Assembly: GCF_000010625.1 (NCBI RefSeq)
Contig: NC_010296.1
Span: 570,001-602,000, forward strand
DNA: 32,000 bases
Direction of reading: 5' to 3'
Source: Microcystis aeruginosa NIES-843
Lineage (GTDB): Bacteria > Cyanobacteriota > Cyanobacteriia > Cyanobacteriales > Microcystaceae
Shown: piece after piece, positions 31,269 to 32,000 of the stretch
Layout of the letters: every line of letters begins with the position of its first letter
Position numbering within the stretch: the stretch's first letter is position 1
Notes under the pieces: model-generated
Told to the model about the DNA's origin: nothing
The model's database searches: none
Seen by the model: only the letters and a program-made list of their open reading frames with translations
Position numbers and translations under genes: made by a program

Positions 31269-31314
31269 TAAGTAGTCTTGAGCATCACTACGGATTAAAA
31301 TTTGCAAATCTTAT

Positions 31315-31400
31315 TTTTCCCCAATGTTTTCCCCCATACATTCCCCGGTATTTCCCCACTCACTCCCAAGTTTTCCACAGTTTACCCAGACTTTTCCACA
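31315..31400 (+). promoter_or_regulatory. Cluster of co-oriented DnaA-box-like 9-mers (2 perfect TTTTCCACA, 3 near matches)
   Basis: TTTTCCACA occurs at 31371..31379 and 31392..31400. TTTTCCCCA is at 31315, TTTTCCCCC at 31327 and ATTTCCCCA at 31350. Start-to-start spacings are 12, 23, 21 and 21 bp. Confidence 0.35.
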
Positions 31401-31664
31401 GGCAACAGCGATAGAATCGGCACTTGCTTCTAGAAAAAATTAATCTTGATTGTCAAAATTCCCATCGATAGATACTGAGTTATTGTTAAGTTGAGTAAAT
31501 AAAATCTAGCTCTAACCCTTATTCCCTCGTAAATATTAAGTTTTTCTAAAGCATTCCTTTACATCTGGTAATATTGCAACTCCCCCCAACTTGGCTCACA
31601 ATAGTCCTTACTGTCCACTGCACCAGTCAGGGATTTCCCCACTTCAGATTTAGAGGTAAACGAT

Positions 31665-31889
31665 ATGAATACATCAGTCAGTATCTTGGCAGAAATCCCC
31701 GAAATCCTCCACCAATCCCTACAACAATATCTAGAAACTCACCCCGGTTGGGATCAAGATGGTGTGTTTACGGCGGCTCTATCATTTTTTCTACTTAATT
31801 GTCAATCCTCCGAAAGGATGAATTTTGAGGAGCAAAATAGCTGTGCCAAGGTTTATCTAGAAACTTTGTTCCAGCGCTCGGAGTGCTAA
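31665..31889 (+). CDS. DUF2811-like small cyanobacterial protein (74 aa)
   Basis: SILAEIPEILHQSLQQYLETHPGWDQDGVFTAALSFFLL matches the pattern I remember for DUF2811. Confidence 0.55.
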   Translation: MNTSVSILAEIPEILHQSLQQYLETHPGWDQDGVFTAALSFFLLNCQSSERMNFEEQNSCAKVYLETLFQRSEC

Positions 31890-31938
31890 TTCGGGGATAA
31901 TAAGAGTCGGGTCATGGTTAAAAACCCGATTTTCCCCT

Positions 31939-32000
31939 ATGAATTCCGATAAAACCCCTAATTTAATCATTCCTCAGCTAATTATCGGTTTGGGTAATCC
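31939..32000 (+). CDS. pth: Peptidyl-tRNA hydrolase, N-terminal fragment (continues beyond window)
   Basis: The ATG at 31939 gives MNSDKTPNLIIPQLIIGLGN(P). L-I-x-G-L-G-N-P is the conserved Pth N-terminus. Only 20 codons are visible. Confidence 0.5.
   Translation, partial: MNSDKTPNLIIPQLIIGLGN

Noticed and set aside
31104-31798. ORFs 31104..31307 (-) and 31574..31798 (+)
   Set aside because: The first lies within and across the MITE and its heptamer tract. The second overlaps the DUF2811-like gene in another frame and starts in non-coding AT-rich DNA.

Overview
This looks like a cyanobacterial chromosomal segment. The evidence is frequent HIP1 GCGATCGC palindromes, the genes ndhD, pcyA and ycf39, a DUF2811 gene, and many 7-nt short tandem repeats. 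The repeat and IS load resembles Microcystis, but that assignment is inference only. About 35 credible protein genes are present and most are housekeeping: an ABC ATPase fragment, ndhD, pcyA, ubiA, a UvrD-like helicase, tilS, hemF, a 6TM K+ channel, nadK, ycf39, an LD-carboxypeptidase, folP, coaD, thioredoxin, map, a USP protein and the start of pth. I recognised no rRNA gene, tRNA gene or CRISPR array.

The unusual content lies in and between these genes:
1. A 786-nt ORF-less group II intron on the minus strand (12493..13278) has a textbook domain V and sits exactly between two units of a YACACCC heptamer array.
2. Three tandem paralogous small coiled-coil/C-terminal-TM proteins (576..3317) differ by whole 11-residue modules. 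An IS5/IS1182-type element splits the array, and its transposase carries a single in-frame TAG.
3. A 207-bp MITE (31062..31268) and two solo or mini copies share that IS's termini. The MITE has the same 6-bp TSD length.
4. A 65-bp direct repeat of the 3' end of a transglutaminase-like gene brackets a 1.26-kb islet. The islet carries hicBA, an orphan antitoxin and a 16-codon PIN/VapC stump cut exactly at the repeat junction.
5. The transglutaminase-like protein has lost two of its three catalytic residues (Cys->Ala, His->Tyr).
6. A phased, co-oriented cluster of TTTTCCACA DnaA-box-like motifs followed by AT-rich DNA lies at 31315..31560.
7. Heptamer arrays (CTGATAA/CAGTAAT families) begin at or inside stop codons, fill whole intergenic regions, and in two genes supply the last codons.

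All family assignments come from motif recognition by eye. No database search was run.
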